Of a stretch of 64,000 nucleotides of DNA, positions 48,285-57,898 are shown in pieces. Within the stretch, counting starts at the first letter, position 1. Every line of letters starts with the position of its first letter. The stretch comes from Candidatus Heimdallarchaeum aukensis (GTDB taxonomy: Archaea > Asgardarchaeota > Heimdallarchaeia > Heimdallarchaeales > Heimdallarchaeaceae). The stretch is taken from positions 1,376,001-1,440,000 of the forward strand of contig CP084166.1 in assembly GCA_021513695.1 (NCBI GenBank), read 5' to 3'. Position numbers and translations under genes: made by a program. The notes under the pieces are model-generated. The model worked only from the letters and a program-made list of their open reading frames with translations. It had not been told where the DNA came from and did no database searches.

Positions 48285-48986
48285 ATGTCAGAAATTCAAA
48301 GAAAAATAGATTTACTTATATCTGAGGCAAATGCCCATTATGAAACTAAACGTTACAAAGATGCTGCAAAAACTTTTGCCCATTTAATTGATTTAACTTT
48401 GAAAAATAATGATCCTGAAGAAGCAATTTATTTTGGTTATCGTGTTGCTGATTGTTGGAAAAAAGAGAAGAATGAATTAAATAGAGCTAAAACATTCAGA
48501 CTTATTGCAGAGATAGCTAATTCATCAACAGCGTTAGTATCTGAAAGTTATGCAAAAAGAACAAAGAATTTACATGAGAAAGCTGAATCGCTGATAATAG
48601 CGGGTGAATCTTATCTTCCAAGTAATAAAGCAAAAGCAAAAGAGAAAATCAAAAAAGCGTTAGAGATATTAGAAGAAATGGAAAAAAAGGAAAAAAAATT
48701 GGAAAAGAAAGAAGAAATACTAAATGGGATAGTAAAAGCTGTTAAACTTACAGGAAATACTAGAAAATTAAAAACTATTAACACAAAATTGATTGCTATC
48801 AAAAAGGAAATAGCTGAAAAAGCTCTAAAAAAAGGGGGTCAAACTAATCTATTAACCGCTCTTAGGGAATTTGAAGATATCATTCAAATTTATAAAGAAA
48901 GTAAGCTTCCAAAAGATAGTGAAATTATGTCAAAAATAGAAATGATAAAGAAAAAAATTGAGGATTATGACCCATTCTCAACTTAG
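48285..48986 (+). CDS. Helical Lys/Glu-rich hypothetical protein. The N-terminal three-helix region is faintly MIT/TPR-like.
   Basis: 233 aa. The N-terminal 'KIDLLISEANAHYETKRYKDAAKTFAHLIDL' shows MIT/TPR-like packing residues. The remainder is predicted coiled coil. Confidence 0.3.
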   Translation: MSEIQRKIDLLISEANAHYETKRYKDAAKTFAHLIDLTLKNNDPEEAIYFGYRVADCWKKEKNELNRAKTFRLIAEIANSSTALVSESYAKRTKNLHEKAESLIIAGESYLPSNKAKAKEKIKKALEILEEMEKKEKKLEKKEEILNGIVKAVKLTGNTRKLKTINTKLIAIKKEIAEKALKKGGQTNLLTALREFEDIIQIYKESKLPKDSEIMSKIEMIKKKIEDYDPFST

Positions 48987-49027
48987 ACCCTTTAAAAATG
49001 TTTATAGGAGTTTAATGTTCCTTTGGC

Positions 49028-50002
49028 TTGGAATTGGTAGAGAGAAAAATGTTCAACCAAACAAAAAATGAAAGAGGTTTTTTGAAAAATTTCCTTAAGT
49101 ACAAGAAAATATTCTTTTCGCAAATTTTTCATATTTACTCTTATGGATTGTTTTTAGCGATGTATTTATGGTTCGTTTTTTTTGATATTTTAGCTCTACA
49201 CATTATAATTTTTAGTTTTATAGTAGGATTTTTAGCAATAATAGCAGATACTGTAATTTATTACACACTAAAGAAACTTTACTACGATACATTTGATTTC
49301 GGAAAAGTAATTGTAACTTTTTTAATTTTTTACTTATTCCAAATGTCGTATTTTTTAAAAGCTTGGTTTAATATTGAACCACAGCAATTAATGTTAGGTT
49401 ATTTAATAGGATATTCTCAATTAAAGATGACAGGAGTATTGGCTACAATTCTTAAGTCTGTAGGGTCTATTGCTTTATTGTTATCTTTCATTTCTTGTTT
49501 AAATTATGCTAGATCTGGTTATAGTAAATTAATCCCAGGATGGAATAAAAAAGTCAGTTCAGGAGAATTCGTGTTTTTATCCTTTATTGTTGCCACTATC
49601 AATATAATAGCTGCCTTGCAGATGGCTAGTTATATAAAAGAGAGAATTGTTAATGTTTATATTTTACTAACATTTTTCACATTAGCGAGTTTGTTAATAA
49701 TTCCAACCTATAAATCAAAAATTAAAATTTTCTCTGAAGAGTCCCCAGAAACTAAAAAAATGTTGATGATGATCAAAAATAATAAAACATCAATTATAAT
49801 TGATGCATTGTTTCTTTTTCTTAGCGATGCTATTCTTTTCTTTAGTTTCACAGTAATTGGGCCTTGGGAGATATTTTCTATTTTTCTATCAGCTTTCGTT
49901 ATAATAGGAAATAGATACAGAGCTATCGGTTCTGTTCAGAGAGAAAGAAAAGAAGAAGAACTAGATTTGATATCACAAAAAATTTTTAACAATTTTAATT
50001 AA
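49028..50002 (+). CDS. Polytopic membrane protein, hypothetical
   Basis: 324 aa with at least 7 hydrophobic helices and no motif. Confidence 0.4.
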   Translation: MELVERKMFNQTKNERGFLKNFLKYKKIFFSQIFHIYSYGLFLAMYLWFVFFDILALHIIIFSFIVGFLAIIADTVIYYTLKKLYYDTFDFGKVIVTFLIFYLFQMSYFLKAWFNIEPQQLMLGYLIGYSQLKMTGVLATILKSVGSIALLLSFISCLNYARSGYSKLIPGWNKKVSSGEFVFLSFIVATINIIAALQMASYIKERIVNVYILLTFFTLASLLIIPTYKSKIKIFSEESPETKKMLMMIKNNKTSIIIDALFLFLSDAILFFSFTVIGPWEIFSIFLSAFVIIGNRYRAIGSVQRERKEEELDLISQKIFNNFN

Positions 50003-50071
50003 ATCTGGAAAAAATAAACAACTAAAGCAAAAAATAAATAGTAATTTAGAAAAAAAGTCATAACAACATTT

Positions 50072-50148
50072 GACCCTGTAGCTCAGTAGGATAGAGCACC
50101 TGCCTCCTAAGCAGGGGGTCGACGGTTCGAATCCGCCCAGGGTCGCCA
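50072..50148 (+). tRNA. tRNA-Arg (anticodon CCT), with genomically encoded CCA
   Basis: The gene folds as a cloverleaf: 7-bp acceptor GACCCTG/CAGGGTC, D-arm GCTC..GAGC, anticodon stem CCTGC/GCAGG with loop CTCCTAA (U33, CCT, A37), T-loop TTCGAAT, discriminator G, then CCA. The GC-rich 77-nt island stands out against an AT-rich background. Confidence 0.9.
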
Positions 50149-50230
50149 TGATTGATTGTTTATAATTAATAAATATTCAATATTTCTTTAAAATCATAAA
50201 TTTATAATTTCAAAAAAGCGGGTAAAGTAA

Positions 50231-50758
50231 ATGCATTATGATAAAATTCCTGTGTTTATTTGCGATTTTCACACATGTAATCCCAAAAAATGCACAGCGA
50301 ATAGAATTTTAAGGTTCAACAAAGCTAAAGAGATAAAAAAGAAAGAAATATCCAAATTTAACATAGTTTTAACTCCTTTTTCGATGACTGCTCTTTCACC
50401 CGCAGATAAGAAACAAGCTAAGAAATATGGTATAGTAGGTGTTGATTGCAGTTGGAATAATATAGAATCAGGAAGGGAAGCTTTAACTAGAGGAACAGGA
50501 AGAGCTTTACCATACCTTGTACCTGCAAATCCAATAAACTATGGAAAGCCAACAAAGTTAAGCACTTTAGAAGCAATTGCTGCAGCATTAATAATTTTAG
50601 GCAATGTAGAGCAAGCAGAAGAAATTTTAAAACTTGAAAAGTGGGGATTTGAGTTTTATAAAATTAATAAAAAATATTTAGATCTATACTCTCAAGCAAA
50701 AACAAGTAAAGAAATTGTAGAAATACAATCACAGATCATTTCTGAATTAAAAAAATAA
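50231..50758 (+). CDS. tsr3: Tsr3-like 16S/18S rRNA aminocarboxypropyltransferase (DUF367)
   Basis: 175 aa. The N-terminus 'FICDFHTCNPKKCTANRIL' matches the Tsr3 'D.H.cdPkkCTg.kL' signature. Confidence 0.58.
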   Translation: MHYDKIPVFICDFHTCNPKKCTANRILRFNKAKEIKKKEISKFNIVLTPFSMTALSPADKKQAKKYGIVGVDCSWNNIESGREALTRGTGRALPYLVPANPINYGKPTKLSTLEAIAAALIILGNVEQAEEILKLEKWGFEFYKINKKYLDLYSQAKTSKEIVEIQSQIISELKK

Positions 50759-50862
50759 TCCCATTACTAACAAAATTTTTCCAAGTTTAAAACTTAGATG
50801 TGGTCTAATTTCTCAAACAGTTCTTTCAAAAATTTTTTTAATACAGCAACTTTAAGTTCCCA

Positions 50863-51981
50863 ATGAAAATTGGATTGTGTTTTTTCCCTAAAGTCGGAGG
50901 TTCAGGAATTGCTGCAACACAGCTAGCAATTGAACTTGCAAAAAAGGGACATGAGGTAATTGTTTTTACATATGACACTCCTTTCTTACTTCGCCAATCA
51001 AGACATGAAAACATACAATTAATGCTTATAGACCTTGTTTCATATCCTCTCTTCAAAGATATAGGATACCCCTATACTATTTTAAGCGCAAGTAAGTTTG
51101 TTGAAGTCATAAGAAAGGAGAAACTCGATGTTTTAAATGTACATTATGCTATACCAGCTGGTGTTTCTGCTTATTTAGCTAAAGAAATAACAGGTATTCC
51201 AGTTGGAATCACAGCTCATGGTAGTGATATACACATTTTAGGAGTTGATCCTGCTTATAATTCTGTTATGAGTCATGTTTTTGAAAAAACTAATGGAGTA
51301 TCAACGGTTTCCGAATATATGAAAAAAGAAATACACAAACATTTTCTTAAGGATAATGATAAAATTCATGTGATTTATAACCCTATCGACACAGAGCGAT
51401 TTAAAAAACAAGAAGTAAAACAATGCGACTTTAAAAAACTGTTCAACAACTATTTCATTCATGTTTCAAATTTCCGAAAAGTCAAAAATGCTCCTTTTAT
51501 TGTTAAAGCTTTCTCAGAAGTACTTAATCACAACGATGATGTAGGATTAATTATGGTTGGAGAAGGCCCTGAAAGAAAAGATTGTGAAATTATTGCAAAA
51601 AGTCTTGGGATTGAAGATCATGTGTTATTTCAAGGAGTTAGATACAATTTAGCCCCACTTTACAGTTGTTCTTCAGCTTTAATAAGTGCAAGTGAGAATG
51701 AAAGTTTTGGTTTAACATTAGCTGAAGCAATGGCTTGCGAAACACCAGTTATTGCGTCTAGAGTGGGCGGAATACCAGAAGTTGTGGAAGATGGAGAAAC
51801 GGGCTTATTATTCGAATATGGAAATAAAGATCAATTAGTAAAACATATGCTTACATTACTAGAAGACAAAGAATTAGCAAAAAAAATGGGTGTAAAGGGA
51901 AGAAAGAGAGTATTAGAAAACTTTCGATGTGACAAAATCGCAGACCAATATATACAATGGTATGAAACCCTAATTGACTAA
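50863..51981 (+). CDS. bshA: GT4 (GT-B) glycosyltransferase most similar to BshA (N-acetyl-alpha-D-glucosaminyl L-malate synthase) / MshA-type thiol-pathway glycosyltransferases
   Basis: 372 aa. 'KIGLCFFPKVGGSGIAATQLAIELAKKGHEV', 'LDVLNVHYAIPAGVSAYLAKEITG', 'IHVSNFRKVKN' and the EX7E motif 'ESFGLTLAEAMACETPVIASRVGGIPEVVEDGETGLL' track the BshA family closely, from memory of B. subtilis BshA. Confidence 0.72.
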   Translation: MKIGLCFFPKVGGSGIAATQLAIELAKKGHEVIVFTYDTPFLLRQSRHENIQLMLIDLVSYPLFKDIGYPYTILSASKFVEVIRKEKLDVLNVHYAIPAGVSAYLAKEITGIPVGITAHGSDIHILGVDPAYNSVMSHVFEKTNGVSTVSEYMKKEIHKHFLKDNDKIHVIYNPIDTERFKKQEVKQCDFKKLFNNYFIHVSNFRKVKNAPFIVKAFSEVLNHNDDVGLIMVGEGPERKDCEIIAKSLGIEDHVLFQGVRYNLAPLYSCSSALISASENESFGLTLAEAMACETPVIASRVGGIPEVVEDGETGLLFEYGNKDQLVKHMLTLLEDKELAKKMGVKGRKRVLENFRCDKIADQYIQWYETLID

Positions 51982-52022
51982 TTTTTTCATTTTATTAGTT
52001 CTAGCTTCTTTAGGACATATTA

Positions 52023-53642
52023 CTAAACATGAGTATTTAGGAACTGGATTCCACCAACGGGCGAATATTTAGAATATTGACGTTTATAAGCTCTTAAGTA
52101 ATCTGATAAGCCAGTGATACTTGCTAGACAAAACCAAGGATAACTTACTTCTTGCCAAGTTTTTTTACTGGTATAGATTCCCCACTGCCAAGATTTTAAC
52201 AATGATACTTTTGAAGTGGGAGAATCATCTACTTGCTTTATTTTTTCTAACTTTTCAAGAATAAACGCTCTAAGACTTTTTGCATTTTCAAAAAGTTTAT
52301 CTTTTTCATTTTTCTTTTTTGCTTTAGAAATTTGCCCCAGAAGTTTAAATAATTCTGGTGTGATTAAGCTATATTCCTTCAATTCTGGAGAATTACTCAT
52401 TTCTTCTATCCAATTGGAATTGTAAACCATTCTAGTATATTTTAATAATACGGGAAATTGAACACCAAGCTTTCTAACTGCAGGAATGACTTGAGCATTA
52501 TAATTTATCTCCCCGGGCCCAGATACTCTCAGATACACGGGCATAACAGATTGAAGTGTTGCTTGATTCGTATCTAACCTTGCAGCCAAATTTCTCGCAT
52601 AAGGTTTTAAATTTATTTTCTCTTTGTCAATATCAAAACTTATTTCTTGACCGTCAATTTTACACTTGCCTGAAAAAATTAGAGAATCTTCTTCTTCTTT
52701 GCAAGACAAAACAACCCTATGTCCATTTTCACACTCATAGAAAAAGGGTGAATAATCTTTTTCTTTTTTTGGAGTAGTAGGACGTAAACCGAGAGAAAAA
52801 AGTTTGTTAGAAGCTTTATTGAATTCTTCAATATATTCATCTCTTCTTTTAAGAATAGGTTTATATCCTTTTACAAGTAGTTCTCTGATTTCAGGATGAG
52901 AAGTTGGAAATAATACAAGCCCCCAATCGTTGATGATATTTGCTTGGATTCCATAAATTAAAGCAGCCCAATCACCAAAAGAAAAAGAAGAACGATAAGT
53001 TTCTCTCATGAATGTAAGTATATGTTCTACCCTCTCAAGGAAAAGATTTTGCTTTTCTTTGGGTAAAAGAGATCGAAACTCGAGAAATATGTTCTTTATA
53101 ACCTTTAAGTTCTCATCTAACCAATCAAAATTTCTCATTGAAATTGCAAAAGAAGCAATATTTTCTTGAATGCTAATTAAAGAAATAGGTTTAGTAAAGG
53201 AAGTTTGGGCATTTGGTATGTGAATTGTTGTGATTTCAGGCTGAACCACATCATGAGTATTAACTAAAAAAACAGGTGATAATTTACGCCCATACTCTTT
53301 ACTTAATTCTGAGAGTGTAACAGTAGCCGCAATTTTATTACCAATTAGACTTACTCCCCCAAAAATCGTTGCTTGTTGACCTGCTAAAACAACGCCATTG
53401 TTAATATTATGAATATTGGATCTAACTCTATCTGTAAGTAGACCCAACTTTTCATGATATGATAATAATATTTTCTTCAAAGATTCAACAGTATTTGTTT
53501 CAATATATACTTCTGGAAGTTTACTTACTTTTTCCAGAGCTTCATGAAAAGTTTTAGGAACAAAGTTATAAAAGTACTCTAAATAAGGATGTTTTATATT
53601 TTCCCAGATGTATGAAGAGTATAAATCACCTGCTGTATTCAT
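52023..53642 (-). CDS. bshC: BshC-like protein (putative bacillithiol-pathway cysteine-adding enzyme family, PF10079-like)
   Basis: 539 aa, the same length as B. subtilis BshC. It contains 'GVVLAGQQATIFGGVSLIGNKIAA' (the GQQ motif) and 'LRVSGPGEINYNAQV' (the GPGEINY motif). It is convergent with the bshA-like gene. Confidence 0.58.
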   Translation of the reverse strand: MNTAGDLYSSYIWENIKHPYLEYFYNFVPKTFHEALEKVSKLPEVYIETNTVESLKKILLSYHEKLGLLTDRVRSNIHNINNGVVLAGQQATIFGGVSLIGNKIAATVTLSELSKEYGRKLSPVFLVNTHDVVQPEITTIHIPNAQTSFTKPISLISIQENIASFAISMRNFDWLDENLKVIKNIFLEFRSLLPKEKQNLFLERVEHILTFMRETYRSSFSFGDWAALIYGIQANIINDWGLVLFPTSHPEIRELLVKGYKPILKRRDEYIEEFNKASNKLFSLGLRPTTPKKEKDYSPFFYECENGHRVVLSCKEEEDSLIFSGKCKIDGQEISFDIDKEKINLKPYARNLAARLDTNQATLQSVMPVYLRVSGPGEINYNAQVIPAVRKLGVQFPVLLKYTRMVYNSNWIEEMSNSPELKEYSLITPELFKLLGQISKAKKKNEKDKLFENAKSLRAFILEKLEKIKQVDDSPTSKVSLLKSWQWGIYTSKKTWQEVSYPWFCLASITGLSDYLRAYKRQYSKYSPVGGIQFLNTHV

Positions 53643-53917
53643 TAAAAAGCATTAAATGTAAATAGATAAGAATGTTCTGTTACGACAAAGGATATTTACA
53701 TGCTCTCTTTTTAAATAATAAGAATTCTTCTCTATACTTTTTACAACTCTTTTTATAGATTTTTACTTTTCATTTTATTTGAAATACAGTGTTTTTAATT
53801 TTTGTTAAGATTCGCTTACAAAATCACTTAAGACTCAATAATTATCTATCTTCTTAACATACTTTGTCATGTAAGGATAGTCACTTTTGCAAAAAAGTTT
53901 TAAATGAATAATTCTTA

Positions 53918-54118
53918 ATGTCTCAAGAAGAAAATCGAAGTTTTCTTAAAGGTGAGAAAATGGCAAGAGTAGAATGTCCTAAATGTAAGAGTTTAAACGT
54001 AAAAGAGGTAGAAGACAAGAGCAAAGTGATTGCATACTTTAATCACGTACCAGTCTATAAGAAAAAGCTTGTGTGTAAAGACTGTACATACGAATGGTAT
54101 CCTGATGAGAAAGAATAG
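53918..54118 (+). CDS. Small zinc-ribbon protein
   Basis: 66 aa with 'CPKCKSLNV ... CKDCTYEW' (CxxC..CxxC). Confidence 0.35.
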   Translation: MSQEENRSFLKGEKMARVECPKCKSLNVKEVEDKSKVIAYFNHVPVYKKKLVCKDCTYEWYPDEKE

Positions 54119-54171
54119 AGAACTCTACCTTTAAAACCTTTTTTTATAATTTTCAATGGATAAAATTATAT

Positions 54172-54894
54172 TTATAGTCCTTTTGATAGTCTATTTATTA
54201 AAAATTCGTTAAATCCATTTTCTTTCATTTTCTCTTGTGTAGTTTGTATATCATACTCTAATCTAACAAGTTCATAGTCAAAATTCAATGTTTCTTCATC
54301 AATATTAAAAACCATAAAAGAAGCGCGAGGATCGCCATCTCTTGGTTGACCAACTGAACCAGGGTTAAAAAGATGTTTTCGTCCAACAACAATATGTAAG
54401 GGTTTATGTGTATGTCCCAAAAATAGAAAATCTATCTCTGTAAAATCATTAGAAATTTCAAAAAAAACAGTATAAGTCCATGAAGGAAGATCGGGACTGA
54501 CATAATCTTTTAAGGGACTTCGTGGAGAACCATGCACAAACATTGCATTTTCTCCACTTCTACTAAAAGGGAATATGGAATAAAATGGAAGTGAACCTAA
54601 CTTCTTTTTTTCATAATCACTTAATACATCTCTAGTCCAAAAGAAAGATTCTTTTGGAATTTCATTGAAATGTGCGTATTCATTCTTGTAAACAGCATAA
54701 TCCCAATTGCCTATAATCTGAATGTTAGCCTTTTTTTCAACTAAGTTTAAGCATTCTTTAGGATTAGGACCATATCCTACTATATCACCTAATGAGATAA
54801 TGATATCCGGAGATAAATCTTCAATATAATCTAGTACTACAGTTAGTGCTTCTAGATTACTATGAATATCTGAAATTATTGCGTAAGTTTTCAT
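54172..54894 (-). CDS. Calcineurin-like metallophosphoesterase (YfcE/MJ0936-type)
   Basis: 240 aa. Motifs 'AIISDIHSN', 'SLGDIVGYGP', 'GNWD' and 'GHTHKP' correspond to D-x-H ... GD ... GNH[DE] ... GH-x-H. Confidence 0.8.
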   Translation of the reverse strand: MKTYAIISDIHSNLEALTVVLDYIEDLSPDIIISLGDIVGYGPNPKECLNLVEKKANIQIIGNWDYAVYKNEYAHFNEIPKESFFWTRDVLSDYEKKKLGSLPFYSIFPFSRSGENAMFVHGSPRSPLKDYVSPDLPSWTYTVFFEISNDFTEIDFLFLGHTHKPLHIVVGRKHLFNPGSVGQPRDGDPRASFMVFNIDEETLNFDYELVRLEYDIQTTQEKMKENGFNEFLINRLSKGL

Positions 54895-54997
54895 TAGTTG
54901 ACACTTATAATTGGAAAAATGGTATTCAATATTTAAAAATTTTTAAGGTACAATTAAACAAATAAAAAAGAATAAAAGGAACAAAGTTTTCAAAAGG

Positions 54998-57430
54998 TTG
55001 AATAATATGGCATTCGATGATTTAATATCCTACTTTTGGTCTTATGTTACATCAGACACCAAAATTATCTTAGGTCTTTTTATCGCGTTAATTGGGCTTA
55101 TTTTTTTAATTTCAGAGGTTTATACAAAACTAAAACATGACACAACTAGCGAAAACATGGTATTATCCGCAATTGTGCTAATATTTGGTTTAATTTTATT
55201 TTTCCTTCAAGATTGGTTAATAGCAATAGCATTTAGTTTCTTCATTTTAGCAATTTATCAAACATGGCAATTAAGAGAATCTCCTGTATGGAGAGAATTA
55301 ATGATCACTTCAGTAGCTACTTATTTTGTATTTTTAGTAGGGACAGTTGCTGACAAAGTTTACGAAATTGTTAAAGGAGAAGAAACAGAGATATTTACTG
55401 GTTGGGCTTACAATTTAATGATTTATGTTTTCCTTATTATGGCTTTAATTTTCTTCGGGAAAAAGTTCATTTTAGTAACAAGGTTTATGTCTCCACAAAT
55501 ATTGTATCTAACACTGTTTGCATTTGCCTATCTCGCGTTATGGACAGTTGGTAAATTTATTCCAAATTTTGACAATCTCACTTTAAATTATTTACCTATA
55601 AATCCTGAGATTTCAAAAAGAATTATTTTTCTTTCTTTTGGACCTTATGAAATAATAATCATTTTATCATTTTTCTTATATTTTATTTCAGGTTGGCTAC
55701 TTGACTTATTATTAGGAATAAAACGTACAGATGATGAAAGATTAAGGAAACTAGTCTATGAAGTTAAAGAAAAATTAGGGATTAAAAAGCAAATAAAGAT
55801 CGGAACAGTGAAAGCACCTATTCTCAACGCAATGGCTTATGGTCCTTTTTTTGATCAAAGAGTAGCCTTTATTTCTAATGATTTGAGTGAATTTAGCGAC
55901 GATGATATCAGAGGAATAGTCGCACATGAATTAGCCCATAACAAGAGAGCACATGTTGTTTGGCTACAAGTAATTTCTTCAATGGAGATGATAATAAAGA
56001 AGGCATTCTTGCTTCCTGCAACAACACTAGATTATGCTGTAGTAAAAGAAAATATTCCTTTCATCCAATATTTCTTTCTTAGTTATGGAATTATTGCTTT
56101 TTTGATGATATTTGTTAGAATCATGGAAGGAGATGCAGATAGGAAAACAAAGGAAATTGGATATGGAATAGAACTAGCTCAAGCACTATACAAGTTAGAA
56201 GGATTTTATCAAGGAATAGCTGGAGATTTCGGATTAAATGTGCAACTTCTAACAGGAAAAGAATTTACAGAATCAGAGAAACTTCGTTTTAGAGGAGAAG
56301 CAGCTATCTCTCTGTATACTCAATTATATAAACCAAGTAGATGGGCGATGTTCTCAAATATTTTCATGTCTCACCCAAGAACATCATTCAGAATTGTAGC
56401 AGCTATTGATGATAGCCTATCCCCAGTAAAAGGTGCATTATTACCCTATTGGTTAATTTTACCTAATTTCATAAGAAAAAAAGCTGTAAAGGACCTAACA
56501 AAGAAGAGAGACACATTTGATGAATTAATATCAAGCAGATTTAGAGAATACTATGGGAGTGAAGGTGTCAAGCAATTCTTGGAAATAACCCATGTAAATG
56601 AATTATATCAAACTTATCTAGGTAAAAATGTTGTTGCGTTCGATAAGACAGAAAATACAATTATTTCTGGGAAAGCAGAAGAATTAATAATTAAAGAATC
56701 GATTTGCCGTCCTTTACAACTACTCATTATTACAGAAGAAGGAGAGCGACCAATATATGTAACCGATTACGTCATTAATGAAGCTGAAATAGGTAAAAAA
56801 TATATCCTAAAAAATGGAAAAATGGGAGAACTAAAATCCTATATCGTTAAAGAAAAAAGCAACAGACCTATCTTCATTCTTGTTGATCACAGAGAAAAGG
56901 AAGTAAAAAGTTATTCAACAGGAAAATCGCTTGATTATTTACTTTCTAAAGTTAATCAACAATTATTCATTTACAAAGATGGAATTGATCAGATTATCAA
57001 GTTATCAAATATTAAAGTTGCTGAAACTTACGATGAAACAATATTTGATTTTGAGGAAACAAAAGGAGAACACTTTACTGTAAAAGGAAAAGAGCTTATC
57101 ATTGAATTTCCTCCAGTTCTATTAAGGATTAGAGGTAAAAACAAAGAATTGCGCTATCAACTATTAGAAGGATTAAAAGGTATGTCAGTCATTTTATACA
57201 CAAAAGAAGAGATAGAAGTAGGAATAGCTTGCAAGATTAAAGATATTGAAGAAGATAAATTAACTTATGAGACAAGAGAAGGAGAGAATAAAGTACAAAT
57301 AAGTAAAATAGACTATGTTACTGTGTATGCAGACAAACCAAAACTGTTCCTGAAAAAGCACTTAAGCGCAATTGATAGATTTCTTATCTGGTGGGAAAAT
57401 AAACATAATGATAAATACATTTTCCCCTAA
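54998..57430 (+). CDS. Membrane zinc metallopeptidase (M48/M56-like HExxH) with a large C-terminal soluble domain
   Basis: 810 aa. About 8 TM helices surround 'GIVAHELAHNKRAHVVW' (HExxH). A C-terminal region of about 350 aa is of unknown function. Confidence 0.58.
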   Translation: MNNMAFDDLISYFWSYVTSDTKIILGLFIALIGLIFLISEVYTKLKHDTTSENMVLSAIVLIFGLILFFLQDWLIAIAFSFFILAIYQTWQLRESPVWRELMITSVATYFVFLVGTVADKVYEIVKGEETEIFTGWAYNLMIYVFLIMALIFFGKKFILVTRFMSPQILYLTLFAFAYLALWTVGKFIPNFDNLTLNYLPINPEISKRIIFLSFGPYEIIIILSFFLYFISGWLLDLLLGIKRTDDERLRKLVYEVKEKLGIKKQIKIGTVKAPILNAMAYGPFFDQRVAFISNDLSEFSDDDIRGIVAHELAHNKRAHVVWLQVISSMEMIIKKAFLLPATTLDYAVVKENIPFIQYFFLSYGIIAFLMIFVRIMEGDADRKTKEIGYGIELAQALYKLEGFYQGIAGDFGLNVQLLTGKEFTESEKLRFRGEAAISLYTQLYKPSRWAMFSNIFMSHPRTSFRIVAAIDDSLSPVKGALLPYWLILPNFIRKKAVKDLTKKRDTFDELISSRFREYYGSEGVKQFLEITHVNELYQTYLGKNVVAFDKTENTIISGKAEELIIKESICRPLQLLIITEEGERPIYVTDYVINEAEIGKKYILKNGKMGELKSYIVKEKSNRPIFILVDHREKEVKSYSTGKSLDYLLSKVNQQLFIYKDGIDQIIKLSNIKVAETYDETIFDFEETKGEHFTVKGKELIIEFPPVLLRIRGKNKELRYQLLEGLKGMSVILYTKEEIEVGIACKIKDIEEDKLTYETREGENKVQISKIDYVTVYADKPKLFLKKHLSAIDRFLIWWENKHNDKYIFP

Positions 57431-57538
57431 TTTATTTGCTTTTTTCAACTTATAATTTTCTTCTTTTTTGTCGATAGATATTATTGCGATATTATTTCAA
57501 TAATTCTTAATAATATAAATAAAGCTTAAAACATTTAA

Positions 57539-57898
57539 TTGAGACCTATGGAAGCAAAGCAAATACTAAGAGAACAGTTTAGTGAAAGGAAACTTAATGT
57601 AAGCGAAAATGTTCGAATAAGAATGGGAAGAAAGGACTATAGAGTAGACTTCTATTTGAAAGATTATAAAATAGGTATTATTACTTTAGACTGGAATAGA
57701 ACTATTCCTGTGAGTAAGATTTTACAATTGGAAAGAGTCAAACATGCATTAAAGTTGAAAAAACTAATTTTAGTATGCAATTCTATCAGTGAAAATGCAA
57801 AGGAATTTTTGACATATAGAAATCAGATCAATATACAAGTTGTTCATTCTTCAGAGATAGTAAAATTTGAAAGAAAGATTGATGATTTTGTCAGTTAG
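57539..57898 (+). CDS. Hypothetical small protein
   Basis: 119-aa ORF, convergent with the MBL gene. I could not assign its fold. Confidence 0.35.
   Translation: MRPMEAKQILREQFSERKLNVSENVRIRMGRKDYRVDFYLKDYKIGIITLDWNRTIPVSKILQLERVKHALKLKKLILVCNSISENAKEFLTYRNQINIQVVHSSEIVKFERKIDDFVS

Noticed and set aside
50838-51056. 72-aa minus-strand ORF overlapping the start of the bshA-like gene. Similar overlapping ORFs lie at 52216..52425, 52556..52777, 59348..59815 and 60118..60309.
   Set aside because: They overlap genes with strong homology signals (GT4, BshC-like, proteasome subunits) on the other strand or frame.
57539-57898. Considered calling the 119-aa protein a PD-(D/E)xK Holliday-junction-resolvase/restriction-endonuclease-like nuclease
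   Set aside because: I could not place a convincing D...(D/E)xK triad in the sequence, so it is left as hypothetical.
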